The notes under the pieces: generated by a model | Database searches by the model: none | What the model was told of the DNA's origin: nothing | What the model saw: only the letters and a program-made list of their open reading frames with translations | Shown here: piece after piece, positions 40,072-53,761 of the stretch | How the letters are laid out: each line of letters begins with the position of its first letter | Position numbering within the stretch: position 1 is the first letter of the stretch | Translations under genes and position numbers: made by a program | Source: Phoronis australis | Taxonomy: Eukaryota > Animalia > Phoronida | Assembly: GCA_002633005.1 (NCBI GenBank) | Contig: NMRA01000230.1 | Span: 59,089-123,088, forward strand | DNA length: 64,000 nucleotides | Direction: 5' to 3'

Positions 40072-43000
40072 ATGCCTGTGAAAATTTATAATCTACTTTT
40101 TCTTCTATCTGTATTTCAACAATCTACAGGTAGGTGGACAACCACGGTTTTATTGCAAAGACTTGCTAACTTGTACCTCCGCTTGCATTTGTGTTCGTTA
40201 TCAGCCAGCAAATCAGTGCATCCGTGACGTGTCCTGTTACGTTCTGTCTCGATCCATTCAACGGACTCCAGATTTTATTATAAATTGTTCAGTTTATTCA
40301 AATTATGTTTTAATAGTTAAAAATGCCCATTTTATGTAACCGGGTTCAGTATGTGAGTACGGCTGAAGGCCAACTGAAGCCGGAAGGATGGCCTGCTCAC
40401 GGGAAAATATCGAAGACCCAGTTCAGTTGTAGAACTTGTAGAAGTGTTACAATGAAAACATAAATGGTCACTTTCATTTTCAAGCATTTAATGACACAAA
40501 ACTAACTACGAAAATCGTGAGTGAGGACCGGGCCCTTGCTGTGACATATTATGTCATTTATGTGAGGCTTTCAACAATAGACGGCTTCGTGGATGCAAGA
40601 ATTGCGAAGGGGTGATATGGTTCGCTTCATACAAAGCGATATCCCACGAATTAAGTCCTGAGAGATCTTTAGATTTTGCGAGATTCTGGCGTCCACGGGA
40701 GGAACACACGGTTTAGCATGGACGTTTGGAGACAGGACTATACTGAATATCAGCGATTCTACAACCGACTGTTTGAGTAAGCCTCGGGGGTACTTATCGG
40801 ACCCGCTAGGTGGCTCGGTCGGTTCACTCGGATGCATTCAAGATTCTTAACGAATAGAAAGAGTACTTTTCCGAATTCAAATCTAAATGCCCAACGAAAG
40901 GTTCACTTTTCGGTTGGTTCCATTTTTGCCACACAACTTAATTCTTTCATAACGTCTTGCGGATACTTGGAGTTCAGTACCGCCGAAGTATTGTACGTCT
41001 TATCAATAATCAAGCCTGGTCACGCCAACTTTCTACAAAATTATTGTATGAAATCCTTTCATGAATGGAAGCTCTCTGAACGTTTTCTTCGGATTTCCCA
41101 GCAACAAATGAGCACCAAAGACCGACTCTCGTAAAGGGCTGCAATCCATATTGAACTGGGTAAATATCTCAACTTTCTAGCGACAGTTCGGCCCGTCAAA
41201 AGTACAGAGTTCTGACCCCACCCCTGGTTCAGTTACACAACTATCAAATATCAACGTATAACACATACATTTGGTCATTTGTAACTTCCGCCATTTTTTA
41301 AAATATGACGACACGTGACTTGGAGGGCAAATAATAGGGACATTTTAAGAACATACTGATTGATGTACAGTATATTATCAAAAAGTCTCATTTGAAGGAT
41401 TTGTAATTATATAGACGATGTGGCCAACAGTGAATCAATATAAACACAGAAAAACAGGAACCTTGACAGAAATATTTGTAATATACAATAAAGCTCACAC
41501 ACACTGACACGCCTTGACTACTCCTGGCAAAAACAGCCCTATAGTACGCAGTGGCTGTACAATGAGAACACGCCATTCCATTGCCATAGTGTTCGTGAAC
41601 TGATTACAATACATGTCTACCTTTACTTTTCGGCCCGTTTTGGTTTGTGTCAGCACTTAGCACTCGATCAATGGTGACTGCGTTATCAGTATTTGTGTTG
41701 AAATAACCTTTATGTGATGCTTTGTTCCTGGATCATGATTTTTCTGAGATTGAAAATGTGCCAAAATGAGACTTCAAGTCCAGGAAAGCTTCCAAATCTA
41801 GTGAAACGTTTACTTGAGGGGATAATTTATTATGTTATACATTTTTGGTGAAGCAAAGCAAATGAAACGAACGTGGATTTTTATTATAGGACAGAACGTA
41901 GAAGTGAATCTAATAGGAGGCGCTACTGAATACGAGGGAACAGTCCAAGTCAGACGCAGAGCTAACGCGTCTTCTCCGTGGGCAGAGTGGGGCACAGTCT
42001 GCGATGACCAATGGGACAGCAAGGACGCTGACGTAGTGTGTCGTATGTTGGGTTACATGTGAGTTGTGGCGCTATAAAAGTGGCGGGGAATAGCGCAGAT
42101 TGAAGAAATTGTTCCCTATTCATACCGGAACGGAGTTGGAGTATGTGAAGATGTAGCCTAGACATGTGGGGCGCACCATAGGGGACTGGGGGGAGGCTAT
42201 GGCGCCCCACTTTTTTCACTGCCGCGCCGCCCATGCTGGTTACAACTCGTTATTGTTTCTTCGCGACAACGGAAATGAAGCCTTATTATGATCAGGATGC
42301 TGTTTAAAGTGCCACCTGTTGGAATAATTCCGGAGACTTGATAGCAGGAAATGACAGTTTTCAGTTTTTGTTCACTGAACAGGAAATTCATTATTTTACT
42401 GACAGGGGATTAGTAGAGTATTCCAAGGAAATCAAACGTAAAACAGTCTAAAAGTTGGATTTAAATATTTATTTAGCCTTCTTAAGTTATCAATTAATTT
42501 GAAATCATGAGTCCATGATCTACATGTATAAAAATGCACTCACGGGAAATACTCATTATTGGTGTGTCACGTGCACTGTCAGTTCTTTTGACCTAACGGC
42601 GTTTGGTTTTAGTACTTTTAAAAAACAAATACCAAATGAGAACGTTTGGACACACGACTGTATGAAATCATTCTATGCGAGAAAACATCTTTTTCAGCCC
42701 ACCCTCGGAAGCTTTCAACCGGAGTCGTTTTGGAAAAGGAACTGGCGCCATTCACATGGACAACGTTGGCTGCAATGGCCACGAGGACGACCTACTGCAG
42801 TGCCAACTGGTGGGCGGTTGGGGAATAAACAACTGTAACGCTGATCACTCAGAAGACGCTGGTGTCAGATGCAGTGGCAATAGACAGACCCCTGGTGGCA
42901 ACATTCCACATTATGGGAATTGTAAGTATGATTCTCGCGAGATGGACAACGTTACTGTTTGTTACAGCTACGGAGACTCCTTGAAAATTACGGCGAGGTG

Positions 43001-46000
43001 TTTTAGAAGATTTTTCTGCAAAAATATTGGTCTTTAAGACGAGGTGCGTATGACTCTGAATCAACAGATAGATGCAATTTCTGACCATGAAAAGCTCACA
43101 ATGTCACTCGCAAAATGACCTTTACATTCACAGGCTCTACAAACAGTACGATACGCTTGGTGGGTGGACAATATGGCGGTTCTGGTCGAGTCGAGGTCTT
43201 TCATAACGGCGTTTGGGGCACAGTTTGTGACGACAATTGGGGATTCAATAATGCCAAAGTCATTTGTCGGAGTTTGTGTTACAGGTATGTACGTGTATAC
43301 ACCTGTGCATGTTCTGCATTATTTGAATATGCTTCTGAGAATAACATTAAAGTTTTACGAGAGATTTCTTGTGTGAACTGTTACGCACCTTTTCGGACTC
43401 TTTCGATCACAGCCCCATCTCCGGCTATATATTAATATAAGTAAGACGTTTTGAGGCCCAATTTTCATTTCTTCCACATAACATTTAACACGAATAAGTC
43501 AATTAAAACAACAAGCTGTTAGTTTCACAGGACAATATTATGTTCAAAATCGCATAATTGTTCAGACTTCACAAGGATACGGTTTCTGCTGAATGGAGCA
43601 TTTCAAAAGCGTGCTGATCTCTCTCACTGATAATTGCATAGTCAATAATCAAGAATACCTTGTTTTGCGAAATTATTCTAAGTTGTATAAACGTACACCT
43701 TTGTCTACTTAAATAATTGCGCTGACATCGATGACATTACTACGTGATGAAATTAAAACACGCATTTATAACAATATTCATTTTGGTTAGGACAAACACT
43801 AATTTCCCACTCTCCCGAAAGCATTACGAAGTTTCGAAACTAGCTTAATCAATCAAAAAGAAATTAAAAACCCAGTGTGACGAATTGCATTTATATTCCA
43901 GTGATAACTTTGCTAAGACGCTAACAGATAGCAATTTATCGGGAAATGGAACCATCTGGTTAGACAATGTACGATGTTCTGGTACCGAAACCCGGATTGA
44001 AGACTGCAGTCACGACACTTGGGGACAAAACGATTGTAATCACAAAGAAGATGTCGCTGTTAGCTGCTTAGACCTCCCCGAACCTAAGGCGTCAGGTAAC
44101 TAACAAAGCGTTCACATATTCATAATTTTGCCTGAATTGTCATCTTGGTATGAAACAAACACTTTTTTTACTCATAGGACTGTAGTGGTGAGCATATAAA
44201 GTGATGCGTGTGAATTACTGATACATGAGTATTGCAGCCAATGTGCCACTAAGGTTACAAGGTAGTCGTTACCAAGACAATGTCATATGAGAATGTGACG
44301 TCACCTCGGAACTGCTTGAACATAAATTCTTCTTATAGTGAGGCTAGCAGCAATTTTTGGCCCTGTACAAAACACAACGAGTTGGTGTTGAACAAAGGCA
44401 TATACATGTAGAACGCTGGCTGTTTTAATGCTCTGCTGCTTTGACTGAGGTTAGCATGTTTATCTTTTTCTTCAGATCCACAGCCATCTGTTTCGTGCTC
44501 CAGGGGTTATTCGACAGTTTCGTTCTCTCGAGCTCTTCACCCTGAGTTAAACACGTCTCATCTGACTCTAACGTCCGCCGACAATCAATGTGGGTACATG
44601 GTCAGTCTAACAGGAAATGATGTCACCATGAAAATACCGCTGAATGGATGCAACACACAGAAGTCAGTAAGTGTCTTATTTCCCATACAATATATTGTTA
44701 TGAGTTACACCTGATGTACAATTGTGTCTGAAAATTCCTTTGCGTACAGCTGCTAAGTTCAGTTTGTCATTCATCTTTAGATATTTTATGCATATGCCTC
44801 GTTGATATCTGCTAGAATACATACGTCGTCATATTTTCGTTCCATTACGGCGGCTAAGCCCTGAGGGGCTACTTCCAGTAGAAACAACAAAAACCGAGTG
44901 TGATCACATGGTTTGCTAATTGTAATGCATGGCGACATCTCGGGAAGACTGGCGTGATCGAGCGTTTTCGCCGGTTTATTGAGTCTATGGAAGGCAGTCC
45001 CGGCCGCCGTCCATTCGCCCTTAGTTTCCCGAGCTTGTTCGATGCAGTTGTTTCCACAGACTGCTGTCGAAGCTTATTTTGAGCCTCTGCCATGGAAAAC
45101 TTGTATATTAAAAATTATCTGCAAATAAGGAGTTTTGTCATCATGCCAAGTACACTCAGACTCCATCAATGACTGAATGGTTGAGCAAAATCTCATCCTT
45201 TAAAAGGATTTTAGTAAATTCCAGACTATGCTTTTTCTTTCAGCAAAATGACACACATCTGTTCTACTGTAATGAAGTCAAGTATAAAGTGGCATCCGGA
45301 AACAGCATTATCACTCGTACTCATGGATACGACATCCCGGTGTGTTGTGTTCTACCACGTGACGGTGACGTCATCAAACCATTTGAACCGAAAGTTGTAA
45401 CTGTGCCGCCACAATCGGCAAACGACAAGTTCACCATGGAATTATTCATGTACTCTGACGAGAGTTTCACGCAACCAATCACGCAGATGCCTTTCACACT
45501 GAAACTCGGTGATTGGTTGAATGTCGGGGTGCTTCTGCATTCGGAAATAAATGATGTCAAACTTGTGGTTCCCAATTGTTACGCATCAATGGATGCCGAT
45601 CCTGCTGCAAGCCCGAAATACCCGCTTGTATCAGACAAGTAAGTTGCAAGATATCCATGTAGGCCTTCTCTAAGTTGTGAGAATAATCACTGGGCTCTTT
45701 ACTTCGAGAAAGAAAAAGGATCAGTTGCCGGGCATGCTGGTCAGATGGGTGATTTTTTCACGACCGGTGAAAAGGGTGTCCAATCTTACAAGATTTCCCA
45801 TGAATGGGTCTCTTTATTCCAATCAAGTAATCGAAGAATCTTCAGTTTGAGAGTTCGCAGTTCTACAATAGTTTACTTACAAAAAAGTTGACAGAAGGGA
45901 TTTAATATTATTCAAATTTGTATCTTTTATAAAACATTTAATATTCATTTTTTGAAAATATGGCATCACTTAGTGTGCTATTTTAGGCTTAATGAGTTAC

Positions 46001-46908
46001 AAAAGCAAGTGTCTAAAAATCCGTACTAAAGTATTAATTTTTTAATTAATCGCTACAAAAAGGTATACTTTCTCAAGCAAACCCTATGAAGGTTGTTGTA
46101 TTCTGCTTTCCATTTGCACTCCCGTCACTAAAAAGTCGAGTCTCCCCGGGGTGGGTCCGACAATTATTTTCATGCCGTGCAGTACGCAGTTGTTTGGAGA
46201 AATCGATGACGAACGTGCCATCACGAAGGACCTACCCATGATACCTAGTGACCTACCCTTGTAGAATAAGAAATTACCGCTTCTGGCAACTACCAACAAC
46301 CTTTAATTGAGACTTGACAGTCAAAAACTGACCAATCACGTTGCTAGTAATTAAAATGTTTATTTCAAGTATACCACGCCGCTGGATAATTTTTTGAGTA
46401 TCCCTGATTTATAAGTTGCGGTCTTGGGGTCTGACATAAAAACGTATTACAAGGTCCCTGTAAATGTGTTCAAGTGAAAAGGGTGTCCGTTTTTACCTGA
46501 CCTTTGTTCTTCCCGTCTTTTCGCAGATGCCGGCAAGATTCTACACTTTCGTTCTTTCCGATGAACGACACGATGTTTGCATTCCGGTTCCAGTCGTTTG
46601 CTTTCGTTGACAACATAACGCAAGTGTTCATACACTGCAACGGATTCGTCTGCGATATCAAAGAGACGAGCGCTTCTTGCGATCGCTCGTGTCAATCCAG
46701 AAAGGGGCGGCGAAGGAGGGAAAGTGATCCCCAGCAAACATTGCGTCACGTAGAGAATGGACCAATCATATTTGAAAGAGACGTCAAGAACAATGTGGAT
46801 GGAGCTAGTGCGTCTCGTGGTGCTTATGTCAAAATTGAGATTTACTTCATTCAGTTCATTTTGTGTGTCTATTTTCAATTACTTAGATTCTTTGTGAAAC
46901 TTCATTAA
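40072..46908 (+). CDS. SRCR-SRCR-ZP domain protein (DMBT1/uromodulin-like), copy 1, 587 aa
   Basis: Exons 40072-40129 (signal [20 protein letters not shown]), 41890-42058 plus 42698-42921 (SRCR1: [32 protein letters not shown]), 43134-43284 plus 43902-44095 (SRCR2: IRLVGG, GRVEV, WLDNVRC), 44476-44666, 45244-45638, 46527-46908 (ZP-N/ZP-C, furin site [15 protein letters not shown] external hydrophobic patch, hydrophobic C-terminus). All GT-AG and phases close. Confidence 0.9.
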
Positions 46909-47214
46909 ACATCGCATTTTCTCTCGAGATCTTGTGTTGAGCTATTCATCTATGTGCTTTTGTAAATAGTTCCTAATCATTGTACAAATTTCTTGCCCTT
47001 ATGTCTGCTCAGAGTCTCTGTGTCATCAATATATCATGTTCAATGAAACCCAAACTATTCGAAGTGTAGTTTTTGTCTTACATGGAAACCTTATATGTTT
47101 CCTTTACTTTTCTTTTTGTTTTAGCATTTTTTCAAAACAGTTCAGTAAAAAATTCAAAAAGCGAAAAACTTACTAGATGTCCCTTTACTGTCGGGGAGAC
47201 AACTGCTATATATT

Positions 47215-47515
47215 CAGTAGCGGATCTAGGATATCATAAGGGGGAGGCTACACTTTGCCTTGGGCAATGGCGCACAGTACGTTTGCATGAATACACCCAG
47301 ATTAAATTCTAGGGGTGCCCGAATTCCTCGGTGGACCAAAAAAATTAAAAAAACGAAAACAGTTGGACAGGTGGTCTCGAAGGGTCGCTTGCAACCGCAA
47401 ACTGAACCTGCGCGAATGGTTAAATCTTGTTTCGGCCGCATGTTAATTACTGGGATTTTATTTTTTGCGGCAGCCAAGGAGGGGGGGGCAAGGCCCCCGT
47501 CCTATATCCTCCTAT
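47215..47515. mobile_element. Non-autonomous DNA-transposon-like element (cagtagcggatct...cctatg); related copy at about 49743-50056
   Basis: Both begin ag(t/a)gcggatc, end in (t/g)cctatg and have G/C-run subterminal blocks. Confidence 0.4.
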
Positions 47516-50079
47516 GATATTGAGCCCCCGAATAGCGCGAATGCGAGATGAAAAGGGTCAAACGTAATCCAGTAATAAGCTATTTATCTGATTGGTCATC
47601 CATATAAAATTTCAGCCACTTATATCCAACAAAATGTCAAGGATAGGGAAAAAGACTGTTTCGAATGGCAAGAACCAAATTAAGCCGTCATCTGGAGTTG
47701 CATCAAGGCAGTCAACCGCCAGCCCGGGGCCCGGGTGGAAACCAATATAGGCTAGTACGCAATGCAACTGAAACAAGCAATTCCGAAGACATGAATGTTT
47801 ATCGGGTGGAATGGGTGATCGTTGTAGCTAAAACCCGACTACGGAGTGGGGTGGTGGTAGAGATGGTCATATCCTATGCAAGTTCAGTGACCCTGGTGAA
47901 CATTCGCTGAACACACGAAGATTTCCTGACCTCAATGGACCCGACAAGTTGCATGGCCAATCTTCAGTGGACTCAATGGAATTGTGTTCAAACCAAGAAA
48001 TTTTTGCATCTTGCCTTCTGATGGCTTGTAAGGCATATGGACTTGGGATTCATAACCAGTTGATTGACGTCATTGACAGGTGATGCAAAATTCAAGAGTT
48101 TATGTATAATGTTATCGCATTTGTGAAGATGAAAATTCGTAGTTAATAAAGTAAAAAAACTTGAGAGTATGCTGTTATATGACTGTAATTTTGTCTTTAA
48201 CAAAGGAGGGGCTGTAGTTGGATTACGTATATATTAGTATATCGGTGATTCGTTGACTAAGTTCACAATATTTGTCACTTTGACACGCCCTGATTCCATT
48301 TTTGTTATTCTCTGTGAATATTGCGCTTTATCTTTTTACGTACGTTATTATTCCTTGACTCACCTTTTAAAAACTCGGAATTCTTGAATTTCGGGTTGTC
48401 TCACAGCGGTGTGAAATCCAATTTTACACAGAGTTACACGATAGAGAACCCTACCGTAAACTTTCTTGAAAATAAAATTACTAAATTACATAAGAAAGAA
48501 TCATGTATCGTTTTTATCTAAACTTGGACTATAATGGTTGTAATATTAAATTAGAACTCAGCCGAGGCAGAACTACTGTACCTGTATGATCAGAGTTTAA
48601 ACACATGCAGTGTTGTGTACCAAAGAGGCGTGTATATTTAAAGGTAGAGATGAAAATAATCTTTGTTGTTCACAGGAGATGCGCATTTAACTATTATCTC
48701 AATATATGGGCCTTGCACACACACGCGCACGAATTTTTGTGGCAATATTTGCTCGTTTTGGGGAGTTCGAACACGTGGCGACGTGCTACTGACGTTTGGA
48801 TTTTAGTTGTTAACGGGTGCCAGTTTACTCGACGTGCTTTTCACGACCTATTTGGAGGTATCAAATGTACCGTCATCAACAAAATACATGACTTACATAA
48901 ATCGTTTATAACTTGGCGAAATAAATTTCGTCAAGTATGTTGCTTTGCCATCAAGTTTTTTTGTTTGTTCGCACTCTACAAGTCTCATATTTCGTCCGAT
49001 TTCCACGAAATTTGCACAAAACCTTAAGATCGGAAGTCCTGGAAGCCATTTTCATGAAAGACGTCGCTCTAGTCGGTTGGCGACTGGTCTTCCACATATG
49101 GCACATCACATTTACAAAATACCGCGAAAAACGGGTGATGAGGATGGATCTCGCGAGATCATATCGGTTCGTATCCGCGCCAAATAAACCGCAGAAAAAT
49201 GTTTCGTCATTGCTGTAATTTGAATGAGATTTGTAGCAGATAGGACTAAGTTCTTAAAAATGGTGATTATAATCATTGTAGGTGAGAAAGTCCGTATTTG
49301 TCGACTCGTTTATGTATCAAAATAAAAACTTATCTTCCTTGCCATGCATACTCGGGGAATTCCCTGTCAATGGAATCCCCGAGTAGAATCGCGACGAATG
49401 CGGACGAAATTTGGAGTACCTATAGTATTAATTGAAGCAATTTTAAAATGAAAAACATCATTGAAACGATTTAGTTATCACTAAGTGAACATAAAAGGTT
49501 CACTGTGCGATTAAAATAAAACTAGCAGAAGAAGCACAGTTGATAGGTCAACTAATTGCGTTATTGACGTTCCCACACTGAACTGCAATTTGTTTGCTTA
49601 TTAGCCCTGTAGTTCACCAAACTTTAGTAGATCTTTGCCGTGCACAAATTACAATACCAGAACAGCAACATTTTTTACAAGACATTAGTGATGATGATAC
49701 TGATGATGAAGAAACTAGTGTTGACGTTTTGTAGTACTGTTCTAGTGGCGGATCAGGGACCAGAAGGGGGCCGCGCCCCAACATGTTGCCTCGGGGAATT
49801 GGGCAGAGCGCGGTTGTATGTGTACAGGCGTCCCGAAAGTTGCGGGGGTCCGGAGTATGAACCTTCTGTTCGGGAAATCTATCGACTAAAAAAATAAAAA
49901 ACAAAAAACAGGATTGAGAGCCGGCCACGATCTGGGCTCTGATTCCCCATCCTTCTCCAGTATCGGTCCTAGTTATATGTCCTCACGTGTCGCGCTGTTG
50001 CTGTTTCATTTTGCTTGCGGCAGCCCCTGCCCCCCTCCCCTCTAAGTCCGCCTATGTGCTCCAATTGGTGATATAATTA

Positions 50080-51203
50080 AAGGAAATTATCAAGTAGTGT
50101 ATGCTAACTCTGAGCCTCTGAAATCAACAAGTGATGGAGTGAAACGCTTGCAAAACAAGGAATTAGCTTCCAACGTGGCAATTGTGGTATTCTACGAAAG
50201 ACATGTTGTGTTAGAATGTTGAATTTAATGCAGACAAAAAATACATTTATTCGTATCACAACAGGTTTCACAGCACCAATTTTTATGCCTTTTCTAATAC
50301 CCAGAATTTCCAAATCTGAGCCTGAAAGTTCTCAGTCGTTATCCCCAGTTATCTAGAGCCCTCTTGGATTTTGTAGAATTATCACCCTCGGGGCTAACGC
50401 CACTCGGACGGTAATTCTCCAAAATCGACTCGGGGTCTAGATAACGGGGGATAACGACTTCGCCATGTAATAATCTATATTTATCTCGTTAAACCATTTA
50501 TTTTTTCCAAAACACATGTAAACAATAAAATGTTATCACATGACACAAGTTCCCTTGGTATGTACCAGTCTAACCAATAAAACATTATTCTTTGATCAAA
50601 ACCACCTTAAGCATATTAAGCACTGAGATCATTCAGTGGCTNAAGGAAATTATCAAGTAGTGTATGCTAACTCTGAGGCTCTGAAATCAACAAGTGATGA
50701 AGTGAAACGCTTGCAAAACAAGGAATTAGCTTCCAACGTGGCAATTGTGGTAATCAACGAAAGACATGTTGTGTTAGAATGCTGAATTTAATGCAGACAA
50801 AAATACATTTATTCGTATCACAACAGGTTTCACAGCACCAATTTTTATGCCTTTTCTAATACCCAGAATTTCCAAATCTGAGCCTGAAAGTTCTCAGTCG
50901 TTATCCCCCGTTATCTAGAGCCCTCATGGATTTTGTAGAATTATCACCCTCGGGGCTGACGCCACTCGGACGGTAATTCTCCAAAATCGACTCGGGGTCT
51001 AGATAACGGGGGATAACGACTTCGCCATGTAATAATATATATTTATCTCGTTAAACCATTTATTTTTTCCAAAACATATGTAAACAATAACATTTTATCA
51101 CATGACACAAGTTCCCCTGGTATGTACCAGTCTAACCAATAAAACATTATTCTTTGATCAAAACCACCTTAAGCATATTAAGCACCGAGATAATTCAGTG
51201 GCT
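50080..51203. repeat. About 562-bp direct duplication joined by a single N (probable assembly overlap); each unit contains a 126-bp hairpin
   Basis: 50080-50641 is near-identical to 50643-51203, with N at 50642. Hairpins agtcgttatcccc...ggggataacgact at 50334-50459 and 50896-51021. Confidence 0.85.
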
Positions 51204-52039
51204 AACTCACTATGCAAATGATTTTGACCACACACACATCATTTCTTGTGAAAAAAAAACTCATAGCTTACATATCAGAAAGTCCCTCAAGATTTTTAAA
51301 TCGAAAGCATTATGTCATGACTCTTTAACCACACGAGTACTGCCACTATTATCTGCTTCAGAGTCATTAACTGAAATGGACTATTGATATATGTTGTCAC
51401 TTATGATTTATACCTTTCGTCACTGACATTTTTAAAGCTGGTGTAAAGTATCACACCATCACTTAAGATAAAAAATTAAGCAGTAAATTGTCATCACTTT
51501 TACAGGTGTACAACCTTTTTTCTTAAAGCAGATCCTCTTATAAACAAGAACAGTCATCCATCAGTTTTACAGTTAACTACACAAGAGTTTCAAAAACTAA
51601 TTACGCAAAAATTCTCTAGTTTGGGACAGTGAATAATTATTTTGATCGAAGTCGGAGCTTGTCAAAATTTTTAGAAATTCACACAGTTGTCTGTCAGAAA
51701 TTCAAGGGGAATGGTAACAATTTATTAAATTTTGTCATGAGAGTCACTTTTTATGAACTTACAGGAGTATTCTTGCAACCTGTTATGTTACGACATAGCG
51801 TTATTAAGTTGAAAAGTACGAAAATATACAAATCACTCACGCCTGAAATTTCAGGATGAAAAAAAATTCAGCCATGATTTCTGTGTTCTGAATTTAGGAG
51901 CTGTCTCAATCTGTGGAATTTTTAATGTAATATATTACCGACCTAATTGCTATCATCAATTATGTCACCTTTGCTAAAAATATATGTTAAAAACAATTAT
52001 AAGCTATAAATGTGATCCATCTCTTGCCATGAAAAATGT

Positions 52040-52808
52040 TCAAACATACACCATTGCCAGCATGATGACAAAACACGCAGCAGACAATAGCCTCTGCACA
52101 GCACAGAGTTGAGAGGCTTTTTGGCAAACATCTACACATATCCCATACATTATGGCTACAGTGAAGTCATTCTTAGTCTTACCAATATGTAGTGAATGAC
52201 GCATAGTAACAGAAGTGGTAGCCCATGTGGACGATCTTCCACTTCTTTCACAATTTTCCAAAGAAGCCGCCTGTCATCCACTGGTCCCTCATGGGAAGTC
52301 TAAGCATACTTTTTTCTAAAATCTTGCAAAGATCATCCAAAGATGTACTGATTTTAAACAACAGATTCCGATCAAGATGCTCAGTTGAATTTTTAGACAC
52401 GTATGACAGGAAAGGGTTGGATTGTTGATAATCCTCATATACTGAATACCCATGGTCATCTAACTCCGACTCAAAATTTAACAATCTCTTTGCTCCTGTT
52501 GGCTTCTTAGAAACAGATGGCGAATCAATTATTACATGTTTTTGTCGATCTTCAGACTGAGCAATGAGAATGCTGACATCCATTCTTGCTGATTTCTGCA
52601 GCTGTGTGAGTTTTGAACAAAACGAAATCCATGAGCTTCAGATAAACAGAGGCCTAGTGTCCAGCAAATCGTTGAATTGAAAGTAAACCTCTACTTTAAT
52701 GCGTCATTTCTTAACTTTGTGTGCATGAGTGTCAGAGTATAACAGTTTGCCACATAATATGCATGTCTTTGACTTTGCCTTTTTCAGTGGAGTATTACAG
52801 TTCACCAT
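52040..52808 (-). pseudogene. Decayed ORF, probably transposon-derived, with a degenerate C2-C2 zinc-binding N-terminus
   Basis: Acceptor tttcag then ATG at 52808: MVNCNTPLKKAKSKTCILCGK...KK*...LFI*SSWISFCSKLTQLQ, in frame with ORF 52248-52583, then frame-shifted into ORF 52040-52261 (SQLCAVQRLLSAAC). Confidence 0.45.
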
Positions 52809-53565
52809 CTGAAATTAAGTATACGTAAATAGCAAAGGCTTTCAATTTTTACTAGCATGACTGACGGGCCTCCTAGAATTACAGATCTGTGTTCAAGTGA
52901 GTTGACTTACGGCTGTAAAATTTTAATCAAGCTGATCAATTTTAGTACTGCAGATGGGAAATATGTTTAATTAACCTTTTGCAGAAAGTCTATGGTTACA
53001 GAATTACAAAATATGACTCTACTCGGATATAATGGTCCCTGACATGGATAACAAGTTTCATTCACTGGTAGTAACATACTCCGGAAGACTTAAGTCAAAT
53101 TATACCTCGCACTGGCGGGTGCGGTAAAAATAGGTGGGTGCGCAGTGTAAAACTGGCCAGTTGACGATTTGGGCAACTGAACGAAGGACTGATTGAAGAA
53201 AAAGTTACATTACAGGAGCATTTGTTTGAGTTGGAAGAAATTAAAGACGTATAATCAATCAATGTATGAAACTCCCAAAAGAGCTTCACTGAGGCCAGCT
53301 AGAGACAATGGTCACTGTCTAATCCATTGAATAATAGGACTATTATTCAGTTACATACATCAACTTTTTTCGACCACGTCCTTATCCTGTTGTTCGTTTC
53401 CCATTTTCCCCTAGTATAAAGTGACCAACAACACGTGTATTCGCCTGGTCAAGTCTAGACATTTGCGGTCACTGGTGTGTTCCATCTGGCTAACACTAAC
53501 CGTGAACAACCTGATTCAGTGAGGTATAACTAGTGAACCTGCCCTGATTACAACATATTGATAGC

Positions 53566-53761
53566 GTCATTCTCAAAACCAGGGAACATTATATCCGACT
53601 TGTTTCCAAAGTAGTCGAAGCCCAAGCGGCCAGTCACAGTGATGTGTCGAAAATCACCAATTTATCTTCAATTCAGAACCCTTTAACTCACTTTTTAAGC
53701 AAGTGCCACCGTGCAGACGTACATGGCTGGTCCAGGTTAGATTCCCTGGTTCGGAGATTGA
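53566..53761. mobile_element. Short MITE-like element
   Basis: tcattctcaaaaccagggaa versus ttccctggttcggagattga, imperfect inverted repeat. Confidence 0.4.

Noticed and set aside
50080-51203. 562-bp direct repeats as LTRs or a real tandem duplication
   Set aside because: Near-identical units joined by a single N, with no internal sequence or TG..CA ends. Most likely an uncollapsed contig or haplotype overlap.
52630-52710. In-frame TGA codons as selenocysteine
   Set aside because: Two TGAs plus a downstream stop and frame change, inside a mobile insertion, with no SECIS recognised. Simple decay is more likely.
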